Source: Sedimentisphaerales bacterium (lineage in GTDB: Bacteria > Planctomycetota > Phycisphaerae > Sedimentisphaerales > SM23-30). Taken from it: a stretch of DNA of 64,000 nt. Below, piece by piece: positions 40,885 through 51,471 of the stretch. Numbering within the stretch: position 1 is the first letter of the stretch; every line of letters starts with the position of its first letter. The translations under genes were made by a program, and so were the position numbers. The stretch is from assembly GCA_963663805.2 (NCBI GenBank), contig CAXXMR010000009.1, positions 64,001-128,000 on the forward strand. The letters run 5' to 3'. The notes beneath the pieces were generated by a model. The model made no database searches. It was given only the letters and a program-made list of their open reading frames with translations, and was not told the DNA's origin.

Positions 40885-42708
40885 TTACGTCTCCGAACAG
40901 ATGTTCCGGAACGGACTGAACGGTACGCCGGACCACTGCACGCCGGCATTATTAGAAAATTCCAACATATTAAGTCGCACACCGTGTGCGAAAATCGCGA
41001 TAAGACAAAGAATGATATTCAACGCGTGGGCAGCGACCAGAATGAGTATGGCAAAGATAATCCCGGCACCTGCCATCGAGCCGGCGACACCGCCTGCCAG
41101 GCCGTTAAACGCCGAAGCGATATAATAACTGGCCAAACCTACCGCCATCAGACGGATATAGCTCATCATGTCGCCAAACGCGTTGGATATACTCATCAGA
41201 TTGCTCAGTACGCCGATCGCTATCCGTTTGACGGGATTTTTTACCGGGTGACAGAACAGGGCGATAATCACCCAGCCCGCTACGAGCAGTCCGACGGTGA
41301 TATTTGTCGGGATAAGCGGTCCGAAGAACATCAGCCATACCAGTGTGAACATCGAGAAGATGAACATGCACCAGCCGATTTCCGCCAAGGCCAGCTGATT
41401 GGGCCAGAAGGCCACCAGACGCCGCAAATGAGCCAGCATAAGGTGAATACAGCCAATAATAAAACTCACCTGCATCACCAGGTTGCGACCTGTCTCGGCA
41501 TCTTCACGCCAGAGCAGTCCCAGCGATTGCATTACGCCGGCTAGACCTTCTGATAAGCCGCGGACATCGGCAGGGCCGACACCAAAATAATTCGCGGTAA
41601 TAACGCCCCAGATAAAGGTTGCCAGTCCAAAAATAATAATCAATTGCGGAGCGGGTGCGCCGGCAACTTTTTTTAATTTTTTATAGCTGAACAGGCCCGC
41701 CAGCATAAATATCAGACCATAACCGGCATCACCAACCAGCATAGCGGTGAAGATGGGCATAGCCAGCATAAAAAACGGGGTCAGGTCGTATTCCCGATAA
41801 CCCGGAGTCGTGCCCAGCACCTGAAACAGAGCTTTGATAGGTTGGGCCCATTTGGGATAGACCACCAGCGTGGGCGGGTCTTCTTCTTCCAGCGGTTCAA
41901 AACACTGGACCGCGGCATTAAGACCGTCGGCATTGAGTTGCTCGGCCAGAGTCTCGCCCTGATGAGCAGGCACCCAACCCTGAACCGCGAACAAATCGCT
42001 GTTTTCCAGAGCACCGCGGCGAGCTTTGCTAAACGAAGCCTTCTGGCGGTAAATGAGTTCCTGTCCCCTGATTTTATCTTCGAGATGGGCCAGCTCGTGC
42101 AAACGCTGCCGGTCCTTTTTGATTTCAGCATCAATCTGGTGAGCTTCTTCACGGATGGAAGGGGCGTCACGGTCCGGCAGAGCAAGCACATGGGCTTCTT
42201 CCGGGAACTCGACCTCTCCGTCACGTTTGACAGCCATCACCAACTGTTGAACATCTTCTTCATCGACAATAACCTCAATGCAGTCAGCCTTAACCTTGGC
42301 AATATCCTCAGCGTTCAGCAAAGCTACCTTGACATCAAGCCCCGCTTCTTTAAGAGCGGCGAGCTGTTCCAGCCTGGTATCGCCCCAGACGTGAATCTGT
42401 TCGATTTGCCGATGCAGACTTGCCAGACGGCTTTCGTACTCAGCATGTTGACGCTGAATATAGAAAACTTCATTAGCGGCCTCAACCGGGTCGATATCCG
42501 GGGCAACTCCCTGGGGTTCGGTAGCTTCCAGAATCTGTAAGGCGCGATGGATATGTTCTAACTGTGACAGGATTTTTTCTTCGGCGACTGCCTGACTTGG
42601 GTCAATCGGCTTGAGATGCACGACGCCCAGGTTTCCCAGTTTGGTCAGCAGTTTGTCATGGTCACCATTGCGAACCGCGACATAAGTTTTGAGCATTTTC
42701 TCTATCAT
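40885..42708 (-). CDS. ntpI: V/A-type ATPase subunit I (a)
   Basis: GDAGYG, DMMSYIRLMAVG and HGVRLNMLEF. Confidence 0.93.
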   Translation of the reverse strand: MIEKMLKTYVAVRNGDHDKLLTKLGNLGVVHLKPIDPSQAVAEEKILSQLEHIHRALQILEATEPQGVAPDIDPVEAANEVFYIQRQHAEYESRLASLHRQIEQIHVWGDTRLEQLAALKEAGLDVKVALLNAEDIAKVKADCIEVIVDEEDVQQLVMAVKRDGEVEFPEEAHVLALPDRDAPSIREEAHQIDAEIKKDRQRLHELAHLEDKIRGQELIYRQKASFSKARRGALENSDLFAVQGWVPAHQGETLAEQLNADGLNAAVQCFEPLEEEDPPTLVVYPKWAQPIKALFQVLGTTPGYREYDLTPFFMLAMPIFTAMLVGDAGYGLIFMLAGLFSYKKLKKVAGAPAPQLIIIFGLATFIWGVITANYFGVGPADVRGLSEGLAGVMQSLGLLWREDAETGRNLVMQVSFIIGCIHLMLAHLRRLVAFWPNQLALAEIGWCMFIFSMFTLVWLMFFGPLIPTNITVGLLVAGWVIIALFCHPVKNPVKRIAIGVLSNLMSISNAFGDMMSYIRLMAVGLASYYIASAFNGLAGGVAGSMAGAGIIFAILILVAAHALNIILCLIAIFAHGVRLNMLEFSNNAGVQWSGVPFSPFRNICSET

Positions 42709-43355
42709 GACACCTGCGCCTCCGGTTTCAGTTCATCCTCAAAATCGCTGTAGGTGTTGGTTTCGGGAATCTTGCCCTTGGCAATCTTACCGCGACCAAC
42801 CGCGGCGGTCATTTCATCGCCGAGCTTAATGCGGATGAGCCGGATAATTTCTTTGGCCTCAGGAATCTTGACCTTTTCAAACAGGTTTACCCGCTGAATA
42901 ATCTTGGTCAGCTCCTGCTGCAGCAGTTCATATTGTTCTTTGACAATTTGCAGTTGGGCCTTGAGTTCATTGACATCCCGCAAATCGAGCAGGGCTCTAT
43001 CGACCCAGGCCGGCGTACCAAACAAACTGTAATTCACCTCTGGAAATTCCACACTTTCATAAATGGGAATATTTACGCCTGCGATATTGAGCCGCGTGGA
43101 GTTGATTTTACTGCAAGCCGAAAGCTCTGCCAGATTGATACCCGCCAAATCAGAAGTAATCTTCTGATAAGCGTCAAACTTCTTCTGGGCCGCTTCGGTC
43201 TGCTTCTCAAGCTCGAGATATTTCTTTTGAATCTCGCGGATACGACTTTGCAGCATCTGCTGTTTCAGCTTGAGCATGGGTAGATAACGCTGAAATCGCG
43301 TTAAAACATCACGCTGCCGCTTGAGTTCCGGTCTGGTAAGTTTAATTTTTGCCAT
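42705..43355 (-). CDS. ntpD: V/A-type ATPase subunit D
   Basis: LKLKQ, NIAGV.IP and QRVNLFEKVKIP. Confidence 0.93.
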   Translation of the reverse strand: MAKIKLTRPELKRQRDVLTRFQRYLPMLKLKQQMLQSRIREIQKKYLELEKQTEAAQKKFDAYQKITSDLAGINLAELSACSKINSTRLNIAGVNIPIYESVEFPEVNYSLFGTPAWVDRALLDLRDVNELKAQLQIVKEQYELLQQELTKIIQRVNLFEKVKIPEAKEIIRLIRIKLGDEMTAAVGRGKIAKGKIPETNTYSDFEDELKPEAQVS

Positions 43356-43397
43356 TGTCTATTGTAACTTTCGCACTTGTACGTATTATGCAAAGTA

Positions 43398-44705
43398 TTA
43401 AGCCGGAGTGAGTTCCTTGGGCCAGTGAGCTTCGATAATCGAACGACGAATACCAGTTTCTGCCGGCTCGAAACACTCTGCCAGAATTTCCCAGCAGCGG
43501 TCGAGCGCCTCAAACAGCGGAATATTCACCGAAAGCGACATTACCCGTTCTTCGAACAGTTCACCGTATTTCAGCAGCGAACCATCCCAACGCGACATCT
43601 CAAAACCCATATCACGTTTCTCGCGGCTTTCACGGCACTGAGCGTACAACTGAATACAGCCGTCCATAATCGCCCGATGGTCGTCGCGGCTCTTGCCGTT
43701 GACCTGCTGTTTCAGACGTGAAAGTGAACCAAACGGTTCAATACGTCCGTTACGTAGATAGAACTGACCTTCGGTAATGTAACCGGTATTATCCGGAACC
43801 GGGTGAGTTACGTCATCACCGGGCATGGTAACACAAGCCAGCAAGGTCATCGAGCCGGCCCCGTCAAAGTCGACCGCCTTTTCATAACGACGGGCCAACT
43901 GCGTATACAAATCGCCCGGATAACCACGGTTTGACGGAATCTGTTCCATAACAATCGCGATTTCCTTCATAGCGTCGGAGAACGCGGTCATATCGGTCAG
44001 CAGTACGAGGACCTTCTTGCCCTGCAAAGCAAACTGTTCGCCCACCGCCAGGCACTGGTCCGGCACGAGCAGACATTCCACCACCGGGTCAGCGGCTGTA
44101 TGAATGTACATAATCGTACGACCCAGCACGCCGCCGTCTTCAAACGTCTGGCGAAATTTCAGGTAATCGTCATGCCGCAAACCCATACCGCCCAGAATAA
44201 TGACATCGGCCTGTGCCTGAAGTCCCACACGCGCCAGCAACTCATTGTAAGGTTCACCCGCCACCGAGAAAATCGGCAGCTTCTGTGACTCTACCAGCGA
44301 GTTGAAAATATCAATCATCGGAATACCGGTTTCGACCATCTGGTCGGGCATACGACGTTGGGTCGGGTTGACAGCCGGAGAACCAATTTCCACCGGGTCT
44401 GCCTGTACCTCCGGGCGACCATCGCGGGGTTTACCGGAACCGTTGAAAATCCGGCCCAGCAAATCATCGCAGAAGGGAACCTGCATCGGACGACCCAGGA
44501 AACGAATCCGGTCGTTCGTCGATACACCCTGAGTACCAGCGAAAATCTGCAAACTCACCTGGTCACCTTCCAGATTAACTACCTGGGCCAGCGACTCACC
44601 GCGACCGGTGCTGATTACTGCCAGCTCATCGTAGCCTACGCCCGATGCCGTGACAGTTACTACGTTACCGGCGATTTTGGTAATTTTGTCAAAGTACTTT
44701 CTCAT
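43398..44705 (-). CDS. ntpB: V/A-type ATPase subunit B
   Basis: [15 protein letters not shown] and [15 protein letters not shown]. Confidence 0.96.
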   Translation of the reverse strand: MRKYFDKITKIAGNVVTVTASGVGYDELAVISTGRGESLAQVVNLEGDQVSLQIFAGTQGVSTNDRIRFLGRPMQVPFCDDLLGRIFNGSGKPRDGRPEVQADPVEIGSPAVNPTQRRMPDQMVETGIPMIDIFNSLVESQKLPIFSVAGEPYNELLARVGLQAQADVIILGGMGLRHDDYLKFRQTFEDGGVLGRTIMYIHTAADPVVECLLVPDQCLAVGEQFALQGKKVLVLLTDMTAFSDAMKEIAIVMEQIPSNRGYPGDLYTQLARRYEKAVDFDGAGSMTLLACVTMPGDDVTHPVPDNTGYITEGQFYLRNGRIEPFGSLSRLKQQVNGKSRDDHRAIMDGCIQLYAQCRESREKRDMGFEMSRWDGSLLKYGELFEERVMSLSVNIPLFEALDRCWEILAECFEPAETGIRRSIIEAHWPKELTPA

Positions 44706-46429
44706 GCCTGACGCCCTTTCCTGGCGATGAAATCATCTATCTGTCCCAGAATTTTGTTATATTCGTCACTGTCCAGAGCCGCAAAGTTCCAGTTACGGAA
44801 CAGGTCGGAAACGCCGACCATAATCTGACGGCCCTGGTCTTTGGTATCAAATTCAATTTCCAGGTCAACCACTTCCAGAATCTTATCAAATACGAATCTC
44901 TGGCGTTCTGCCGGAGTCGCTGAGTCAACTTCATCAAAAGCGTTCTGCTGCAAATAGCAGTTATCGAAAAACTCTGCCTTCAAGGCGGTCATGAAATCTT
45001 CCTTGGAAGTCCCTTCCTCGCCGACAACCGTCATCATCTGGGTTACTTCATGGCCTTTACGCAGCAGAGCCCGCACAATAGCCATTTTTTTCGGCTCAAT
45101 TACACCCGGATATTTACTCCAGGAATCCAGCGGGTCAATCGCCGGATAACGACGAGCGTCAGAACGGGCCCGCGAAAGACCGTGGAAAGCACCCACAACC
45201 TTTAGGGTACCCTGAGTTACCGGCTCTTCAAAGTTACCACCTGCCGGAGATACCGTCCCGCCGATTGTCAGTGAACCTGTCTCGCCGTTTTCAAATTCCA
45301 ACATGCCCGCCCGCTCATAGAAGCTGGCGATACGGCTTTCCAGATAAGCCGGAAACGCTTCTTCGCCGGGAATTTCTTCCAGTCGGCCCGACAACTCACG
45401 CATTGCCTGAGCCCAGCGAGAGGTCGAGTCCGCCAACAGCAGAACATTAAGCCCCATCTGACGGTAATACTCACCCAGAGTAACGCCCGTATATACTGAT
45501 GCTTCACGAGCCGCAACCGGCATCGCCGATGTATTACAAATAATTATCGTACGTTCCATTAGACTCTTGCCCGTACGCGGGTCGGTCAGTTCCGGGAACT
45601 CACGCAGAGTTTCAACTACCTCACCGGCACGTTCGCCGCAAGCCGTGATGATAATGATGTCAACCTGAGCGTAACGAGAGGTGATTTGCTGCAAAACCGT
45701 CTTGCCCGCACCAAAAGGACCCGGAATACAATACGTGCCGCCCCGAACCACCGGGAACATCGAATCCACGATACGCACCTGCGTTATTAGAGGGTCTTCC
45801 GGCAGCAGACGACGCTTGGAGCAGTTCAACGCCAGCTTCACCGGCCAGTTCTGAACCATTTTGATAACCCGTTTCTCGCCGCTTTCATCTGTTACCGTGG
45901 CCATCTCGTCACTGATATTGTACGAGCCCGCCGAAACGATACTTTCAATCTTGAAGCTGCCCCGCCACGCGAAGGGAACCATTATCTTATGCGTAAACAT
46001 GGATTCCGGCACCGTACCAATCGTGTCGCCCGGCTTGACGGTATCGCCTGCCTTGGCCGTAGGAGTGAAATCCCACTGGCTGTCAGCCCGCAGACCATCA
46101 ATATACTGGCCCGGTACGAGGAAGTAACCAACCTTTTCCGCCAGCTCATGCAGAGGGTTCTGCAACCCATCATAAACCTGACCTAACAGGCCCGGGCCGA
46201 GCATGACCGAAAGCATGTCTTCGTGGAACTCAACCCGGTCGCCCACTTTCAGGCCGCGAGTTTCCTCGAACACCTGCAAGTCAGCCAGACGACCGCGAAT
46301 ACGAATTACTTCACTCAATAACTGAGCGCCGTCGGAGCGGTGACAATAGCCCACCGCGTTCTGCATCACCTGACCATGGGCCTCGGCGATTACCAGATTG
46401 CCGGATACTGAAACAATTTTACCTTCCAC
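44702..46429 (-). CDS. ntpA: V/A-type ATPase subunit A
   Basis: Walker [16 protein letters not shown] and [15 protein letters not shown] start. Confidence 0.96.
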   Translation of the reverse strand: MEGKIVSVSGNLVIAEAHGQVMQNAVGYCHRSDGAQLLSEVIRIRGRLADLQVFEETRGLKVGDRVEFHEDMLSVMLGPGLLGQVYDGLQNPLHELAEKVGYFLVPGQYIDGLRADSQWDFTPTAKAGDTVKPGDTIGTVPESMFTHKIMVPFAWRGSFKIESIVSAGSYNISDEMATVTDESGEKRVIKMVQNWPVKLALNCSKRRLLPEDPLITQVRIVDSMFPVVRGGTYCIPGPFGAGKTVLQQITSRYAQVDIIIITACGERAGEVVETLREFPELTDPRTGKSLMERTIIICNTSAMPVAAREASVYTGVTLGEYYRQMGLNVLLLADSTSRWAQAMRELSGRLEEIPGEEAFPAYLESRIASFYERAGMLEFENGETGSLTIGGTVSPAGGNFEEPVTQGTLKVVGAFHGLSRARSDARRYPAIDPLDSWSKYPGVIEPKKMAIVRALLRKGHEVTQMMTVVGEEGTSKEDFMTALKAEFFDNCYLQQNAFDEVDSATPAERQRFVFDKILEVVDLEIEFDTKDQGRQIMVGVSDLFRNWNFAALDSDEYNKILGQIDDFIARKGRQA

Positions 46430-46471
46430 AGGGTTGCCCTCGCAACTGGGTGTGTCATTTTTTGTCTACGT

Positions 46472-47161
46472 TCAGACCTGATTCTGAGCGGTATTCATCC
46501 GCTGCCGGCGTTGTACCAGCATGAGTTTGGCCGCATAAGCTGCCAGCTCATCATTGTCAAAACTGAACCACGCGTCATTATCTATTAACCAGTTCCACCG
46601 AGCTTTATCCAGCACCTGCATTCCCGCAAGAGGGTCCGCCGCCGCTGACCATTCGCCCAGCACACTGTTAAAATCAACATCACATTCGCCTAAAGCCTCT
46701 GCCACCCGATACCCTTCAGCCGAAAGCTTCAACGCCTTGGCACGAGCTTCCACCAGAGCGTTACGCAGAGAAACTTCAAATCCCACCCAGCGTTCCAGAA
46801 AATTACTGCCCGTAGCCGAAGCCACCGACCGTACATAACCATAATATTCCTGCCAGAGCAAATCTGTCCCTGCCCGACCGGTATCCTTAATCGCCTCTTC
46901 CAGCAGATATTCCGGCAGTGGTTCTTCATTGCGAATCTGGGATTCACTCAGCACATTGCCGCTCACCTTTTCAATCTCGCCGGCCAATACCGCTTCACGC
47001 TGCAATATATCGTCGCTCAGCAGAATTGCTCGAACCTGCTCCCACGCCGCGGTATTATCACGCAGCGATTCCAGCAGTTCCACACCGGTCATCGTTGCAT
47101 CAGCATCAATGCCGGAAAGGTCTTCCAGGGCGGTTATCAGATAGTAATTGTCTGAGTTCAT
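46472..47161 (-). CDS. DUF2764-like V-ATPase-associated protein (subunit C-like)
   Basis: YYLITAL N-terminus; located between subunits E and A, as in spirochaete/chlamydial-type operons. Confidence 0.75.
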   Translation of the reverse strand: MNSDNYYLITALEDLSGIDADATMTGVELLESLRDNTAAWEQVRAILLSDDILQREAVLAGEIEKVSGNVLSESQIRNEEPLPEYLLEEAIKDTGRAGTDLLWQEYYGYVRSVASATGSNFLERWVGFEVSLRNALVEARAKALKLSAEGYRVAEALGECDVDFNSVLGEWSAAADPLAGMQVLDKARWNWLIDNDAWFSFDNDELAAYAAKLMLVQRRQRMNTAQNQV

Positions 47162-47179
47162 ATTTATAACCGTTAAATG

Positions 47180-47806
47180 TTAAGCTTTGCCCGTGCCCTT
47201 ATCGAAAACTTCCCGAAGTTTCGGGCTGACCAGTTCACGCAGGGTCGATACTACCGATTCCTGCGTAACTTCGATCGTCGCGCCGGACACATTAAACTCA
47301 AAGCCCGCCTGACGCAGCGTTGCCTTGAAATCCAGACAGGATTTCGAAGACTGCGACAACTCGCGAAGCTCCTTGATGGCCCAGTTGGCCAGAGCCTTGT
47401 GAATTTCCGGGTTGACCTTGATTTTTACATCGCCCTTGGCTTCGATGTCGGCCTTGACATATTCCATGGCGATACTGTGCATTATTTCCTTCAGAAAACT
47501 GGTATCGCTCAAGGTTTCTTCAACCGGACCGGCCAAAACATTGCCCAGGTTCCCTTCCAGAGTCTCACGCAGACGCATTACCGTATCGCGGGAGGCCAGC
47601 TCCAGCTCGGTTTTGCCACGTTCGATTATCTGGGACGCTTCAGCTTTGGCACCGGAGATTATCTTCTCCGCCTCAGCTTGGGCGTCCTGGACGGTCTTCT
47701 GGGCCGCTTTTTCGGCTTCCTGACGAATTTGTTCAGCAGCCTGCTGACCTGCCTCTACACCTTCGTTTTGCAGTTTGGCGACAAAAGATTCAATCGTTTC
47801 GGCCAT
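47180..47806 (-). CDS. ntpE: V/A-type ATPase subunit E
   Basis: KLQNEGVEAG...EAEKIIS.AK.EA coiled coil; first gene of the operon. Confidence 0.8.
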   Translation of the reverse strand: MAETIESFVAKLQNEGVEAGQQAAEQIRQEAEKAAQKTVQDAQAEAEKIISGAKAEASQIIERGKTELELASRDTVMRLRETLEGNLGNVLAGPVEETLSDTSFLKEIMHSIAMEYVKADIEAKGDVKIKVNPEIHKALANWAIKELRELSQSSKSCLDFKATLRQAGFEFNVSGATIEVTQESVVSTLRELVSPKLREVFDKGTGKA

Positions 47807-48203
47807 CGTTGCTCTCCAGCCGGGATTATTCCCGCTTAATTTCGGCACAGCCCATCAGCCATGCCCCAAACCTTGTTATTCATTTCACATCGTTACGGCA
47901 TGAGCAATTACGCTATATGCCAGCACTATATAAATCGACCACTTAATCTAACTTGTTGAATTATCGCAAGATTAAAAAACCTTATTTTCCAACCTGCTAT
48001 TCTATATTCCACAATCCCGCAGGCCCTTACTGAACTTTATTGCACAAAAAGCCTAACTTCGCTAAATAAAAGACCTTATATTTCCTGAAACGTGACGCAA
48101 TGAACAAACAGTATGCCTGTTAAGTTTGTCAAAATTCTCCCAGACCAGACACCACCTACATTCATTATCAGGCTGACAGGGGGCCAATAACTAACCCCAA
48201 AAA

Positions 48204-49016
48204 TCATCCCAGCGCCACATCCAGCACCATCATTACCGTAAAACCGATCATAACTCCGCCCGTAGCAAGGTCCACATTCCCCTCACGCTGGGCTTCTGGT
48301 ATGACCTCCTCGGCCACCACGAATATCATTGCCCCAGCAGCGAATGCCAAAGCGTAAGGTAAGATACTGCCCGCGAAAACAACCGCCGCCGCACCAACAA
48401 CCGCCGCTATCGGCTCGCAAACCCCCGACAGTTGGCCGTACCAAAATGCCCGCTTACGAGACAGGCCCTCACGCAAAAGCGGCATGGACACAGCCATACC
48501 TTCAGGGAAATTCTGAATACCAATACCCAGAGCCAATGCTATAGCACCTGCCATATTCGCCGATTCCAAACCAGCACCCACTGCACCAAACGCGAAACCT
48601 ACCGCCAAACCTTCAGGGATATTATGCAGAGTAATCGCCAGAACCAGCAGCGTACTGCGATGCCACGAGGTCTTGATACCCTCAGCTTCAGATTTTGGAT
48701 AGCCCAAATGTAAATGCGGCAGAACCTTATCAATACCCCGCAGAAACACCCCGCCCATGATGAAACCAACCGCCGCCGGCACCCATTTCGGTATATTCAG
48801 ACCCTCCGACATCTCCAGCGCCGGTGCCAACAATGACCAGAAACTTGCCGCGACCATCACACCCGCGGCGAAACCCAGCATCAAATCCAGAAACTTCCGA
48901 TTAAACCTCTTTGTAAAAAAAACCGTCCCTGCCCCCAATGCCGTCAAACCCCAAGTGAAACACCCCGCCAGCAATGCCGCTATTACCGGATTAAGACCTT
49001 CCAGGTATTCAATCAT
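48204..49016 (-). CDS. ZIP-family (ZupT/GufA-like) divalent metal transporter
   Basis: [28 protein letters not shown] and EVIPE. Confidence 0.93.
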   Translation of the reverse strand: MIEYLEGLNPVIAALLAGCFTWGLTALGAGTVFFTKRFNRKFLDLMLGFAAGVMVAASFWSLLAPALEMSEGLNIPKWVPAAVGFIMGGVFLRGIDKVLPHLHLGYPKSEAEGIKTSWHRSTLLVLAITLHNIPEGLAVGFAFGAVGAGLESANMAGAIALALGIGIQNFPEGMAVSMPLLREGLSRKRAFWYGQLSGVCEPIAAVVGAAAVVFAGSILPYALAFAAGAMIFVVAEEVIPEAQREGNVDLATGGVMIGFTVMMVLDVALG

Positions 49017-49052
49017 ATTGCCTCCATGCAATTTAACTTGCCAACCAAACTT

Positions 49053-49234
49053 TTGCAAAATGACAGTTTGGCATACCTGATTTAATGCAATTTGATTTTT
49101 GACACGAATTTGAAATTAAATCAAATTGCATTAAATTCTTAAACGTAAAAACTTACGACAAAAAACGCAAAACCAGAAAAAACAGCGCAGCGTCTTTTTT
49201 CTGATCAAAAGTATGCCAAATTGTTATTTTGCAA
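49053..49234. repeat. Nested inverted repeats (24-bp outer, 18-bp inner)
   Basis: 49053-49076 pairs with 49211-49234 (22/24); 49081-49098 pairs perfectly with 49118-49135. Confidence 0.85.
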
Positions 49235-49253
49235 GACTCCAATTTGCCAAATA

Positions 49254-49820
49254 CTAACGATGTTGAATAAGATGTTCCAGCAAAATCTTTATCCCAATAC
49301 CGATAAGAACGACCCCGGCGACAATTTCAGCCTTGTTCTCAAACAAATGCCCGATCTTACTGCCGATTGCCACACCCACACAGGAAACCCCAAAAGTAAT
49401 CGCTCCGATAACTATAGACGCCGTCAAAATTGACCCGCCCAGCAGTGAAAGCGTGACACCCACTGCCAAAGCGTCGATACTGGTCGCCATCGCCAGCAAA
49501 ATAACCATCCTGAAATTTTCAACATTGGACTTCTTCTCGATTTCCTCCAGTTTGAACGCTTCGTATATCATCTTGCCCCCAATACCCCCCAGCAAACCAA
49601 AAGCTATCCAGTGGTCATAAGCCTGAATATATTCACGCAGCCCCATCCCCGTCAGCCAGCCCAGCACCGGCATAAACCCCTGAAAAAGCCCAAACATAAA
49701 AGCCATCCGCAGACTATGGCGAATCTGCATGTTCTTACAAGCCGTACCCTCAGCGATAGATACCGCCAGACAATCCATCGCCAGACCAAAGCCCAGCAAT
49801 ATTATAACCATAATACTCAT
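49254..49820 (-). CDS. mntP: Manganese efflux pump MntP family
   Basis: LAMDCLAVS, DHWIAF.LL..IG.KMI and ATSIDALAVG. Confidence 0.92.
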   Translation of the reverse strand: MSIMVIILLGFGLAMDCLAVSIAEGTACKNMQIRHSLRMAFMFGLFQGFMPVLGWLTGMGLREYIQAYDHWIAFGLLGGIGGKMIYEAFKLEEIEKKSNVENFRMVILLAMATSIDALAVGVTLSLLGGSILTASIVIGAITFGVSCVGVAIGSKIGHLFENKAEIVAGVVLIGIGIKILLEHLIQHR

Positions 49821-49962
49821 AGCCGTTAATCTTCCTCTTATGTCTTATCTCTCACCCCCGCCCACTTTTTTACTGCATTTACGACCATATCAGCTATGAT
49901 AGTTCAGCGGAAAACGCTGTAATATACAAGTTGTGAATGAATAAACAAGGATAGAACCGAAA

Positions 49963-51324
49963 ATGCCCTCAAAAATCGACCTCACCCCGTCAGAAATAGT
50001 CGCTGAACTGGATAAATACATCATCGGACAGGCCGACGCCAAGCGCGCCGTGGCCATCGCCATGCGCAACCGCTACCGGAGACAGCAGTTAGCGGATGAT
50101 ATTCGAGAGGAAGTCGCCCCCAAAAATATTATTATGTCTGGGCCTACCGGTGTCGGCAAAACCGAAATCGCCCGTCGGCTGGCCGGTCTGGTCGGCGCTC
50201 CTTTTGTCAAGGTCGAAGCCACCAAGTTCACCGAGGTCGGCTATGTCGGAAGAGATGTCGAAAGCATGGTCCGCGACCTCGTCGAGCGGGCCATCCAGAT
50301 GGAACGCGAAGAACAGTCCGTCCTCTGGTCCGCTCAGGCCGCCGGGCACGCCGAAGAACGCCTGCTCGATTGCCTACTGCCTGTCCCCGTGGCCCAGGAC
50401 CCGGTCACGCAGGACCGACATAAACGAACCCGCGAAAAATTGCGTGAACAGCTACTCGCCGGAAATCTGGAAGACCGGGAAGTCGAAGTCTCTGTCCAGG
50501 AAAAATCCATGCCCGTAGGTATTCTTTCCAATGTCGGACTCGACCAGATGGGCCCCGAAATGGAAAATATGTTCGAAAAACTCATGCCCTCGCGTTCAGC
50601 CGCCCGGCGGGTGAATGTCACGCAGGCCCGACAAATCCTCCACGAACAGGAACTCGACAAACTTATCGACCAGCAGAAGATGATTGATGCCGCCTTGAAA
50701 CGAACCGAGCAGTCCGGCATGGTTTTTATCGACGAAATTGACAAGGTCTGTGGTGCCGCCGCCGCGATGGGAGCCGAAGTCTCCCGCGAGGGTGTCCAGC
50801 GGGATTTGCTGCCCCTGGTCGAGGGCACAACCGTAAACACTCGGCACGGCCAGGTCAAAACCGACCATATTTTATTCGTCGCCGCCGGAGCTTTCAGCCG
50901 CAACAAGCCCGCCGACCTCATGCCCGAACTGCAAGGCCGCTTCCCTATCCGCGTTAAGCTCAAAGACCTTACCGAAGATGATTTCCGCCGTATCCTCACC
51001 GAACCCAACAACGCCCTGACCGTTCAGCAGGTCGCTCTATTAAAGACCGAGGGGGTCGAAATAGAATTCGCCGACGATGCCGTCGCCGAGATGGCCGCCA
51101 AGGCTTTTGAGCTTAACCGTAGCTTGCAGAACATCGGAGCCCGCCGCCTTTATGCCGTAATGGAAAAGGTGTTCGAACAAATCAGTTTCGACGCACCCGA
51201 CAAATCACAGGCCAAATATATCATCGACGCCGCCTATGTCCGCGAACATTTAAGAAAGGTAACCCAGGACGAGGACCTCAACATCTTCGGTTTCGCCGCC
51301 GGAACTTCCCAGAAAAAAAATTAA
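49963..51324 (+). CDS. hslU: ATP-dependent protease ATPase subunit HslU
   Basis: GPTGVGKTEIARR, EATKFTEVGYVGRDV, DEIDK, GVQRDLLP and NIGARRL. Confidence 0.96.
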   Translation: MPSKIDLTPSEIVAELDKYIIGQADAKRAVAIAMRNRYRRQQLADDIREEVAPKNIIMSGPTGVGKTEIARRLAGLVGAPFVKVEATKFTEVGYVGRDVESMVRDLVERAIQMEREEQSVLWSAQAAGHAEERLLDCLLPVPVAQDPVTQDRHKRTREKLREQLLAGNLEDREVEVSVQEKSMPVGILSNVGLDQMGPEMENMFEKLMPSRSAARRVNVTQARQILHEQELDKLIDQQKMIDAALKRTEQSGMVFIDEIDKVCGAAAAMGAEVSREGVQRDLLPLVEGTTVNTRHGQVKTDHILFVAAGAFSRNKPADLMPELQGRFPIRVKLKDLTEDDFRRILTEPNNALTVQQVALLKTEGVEIEFADDAVAEMAAKAFELNRSLQNIGARRLYAVMEKVFEQISFDAPDKSQAKYIIDAAYVREHLRKVTQDEDLNIFGFAAGTSQKKN

Positions 51325-51410
51325 GAACGGTGTCAGGTACAATCATTCATCCCAGAGCCGCGCACGTAAGTAAGCGGTTGCCGTTTCCCTCCTGCCTCAT
51401 CCCCGCCGTT

Positions 51411-51466
51411 AAATAAATACCCCTGCCGAAGGCAGGCACCTCGCCGTTCACTCATCCCTCTTGCCT
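51411..51466 (-). repeat. Dispersed hairpin repeat, copy 1
   Basis: Core CCTGCC-GAA-GGCAGG-CACCTCGCCGTTCACTC, related to 53672-53710 and 60448-60501. Confidence 0.85.
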
Positions 51467-51471
51467 TCTTC

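Noticed and set aside
49821..49962. yybP-ykoY Mn riboswitch upstream of mntP
   Set aside because: The conserved GGGGAGUA / GAGACC-type motifs are not visible.
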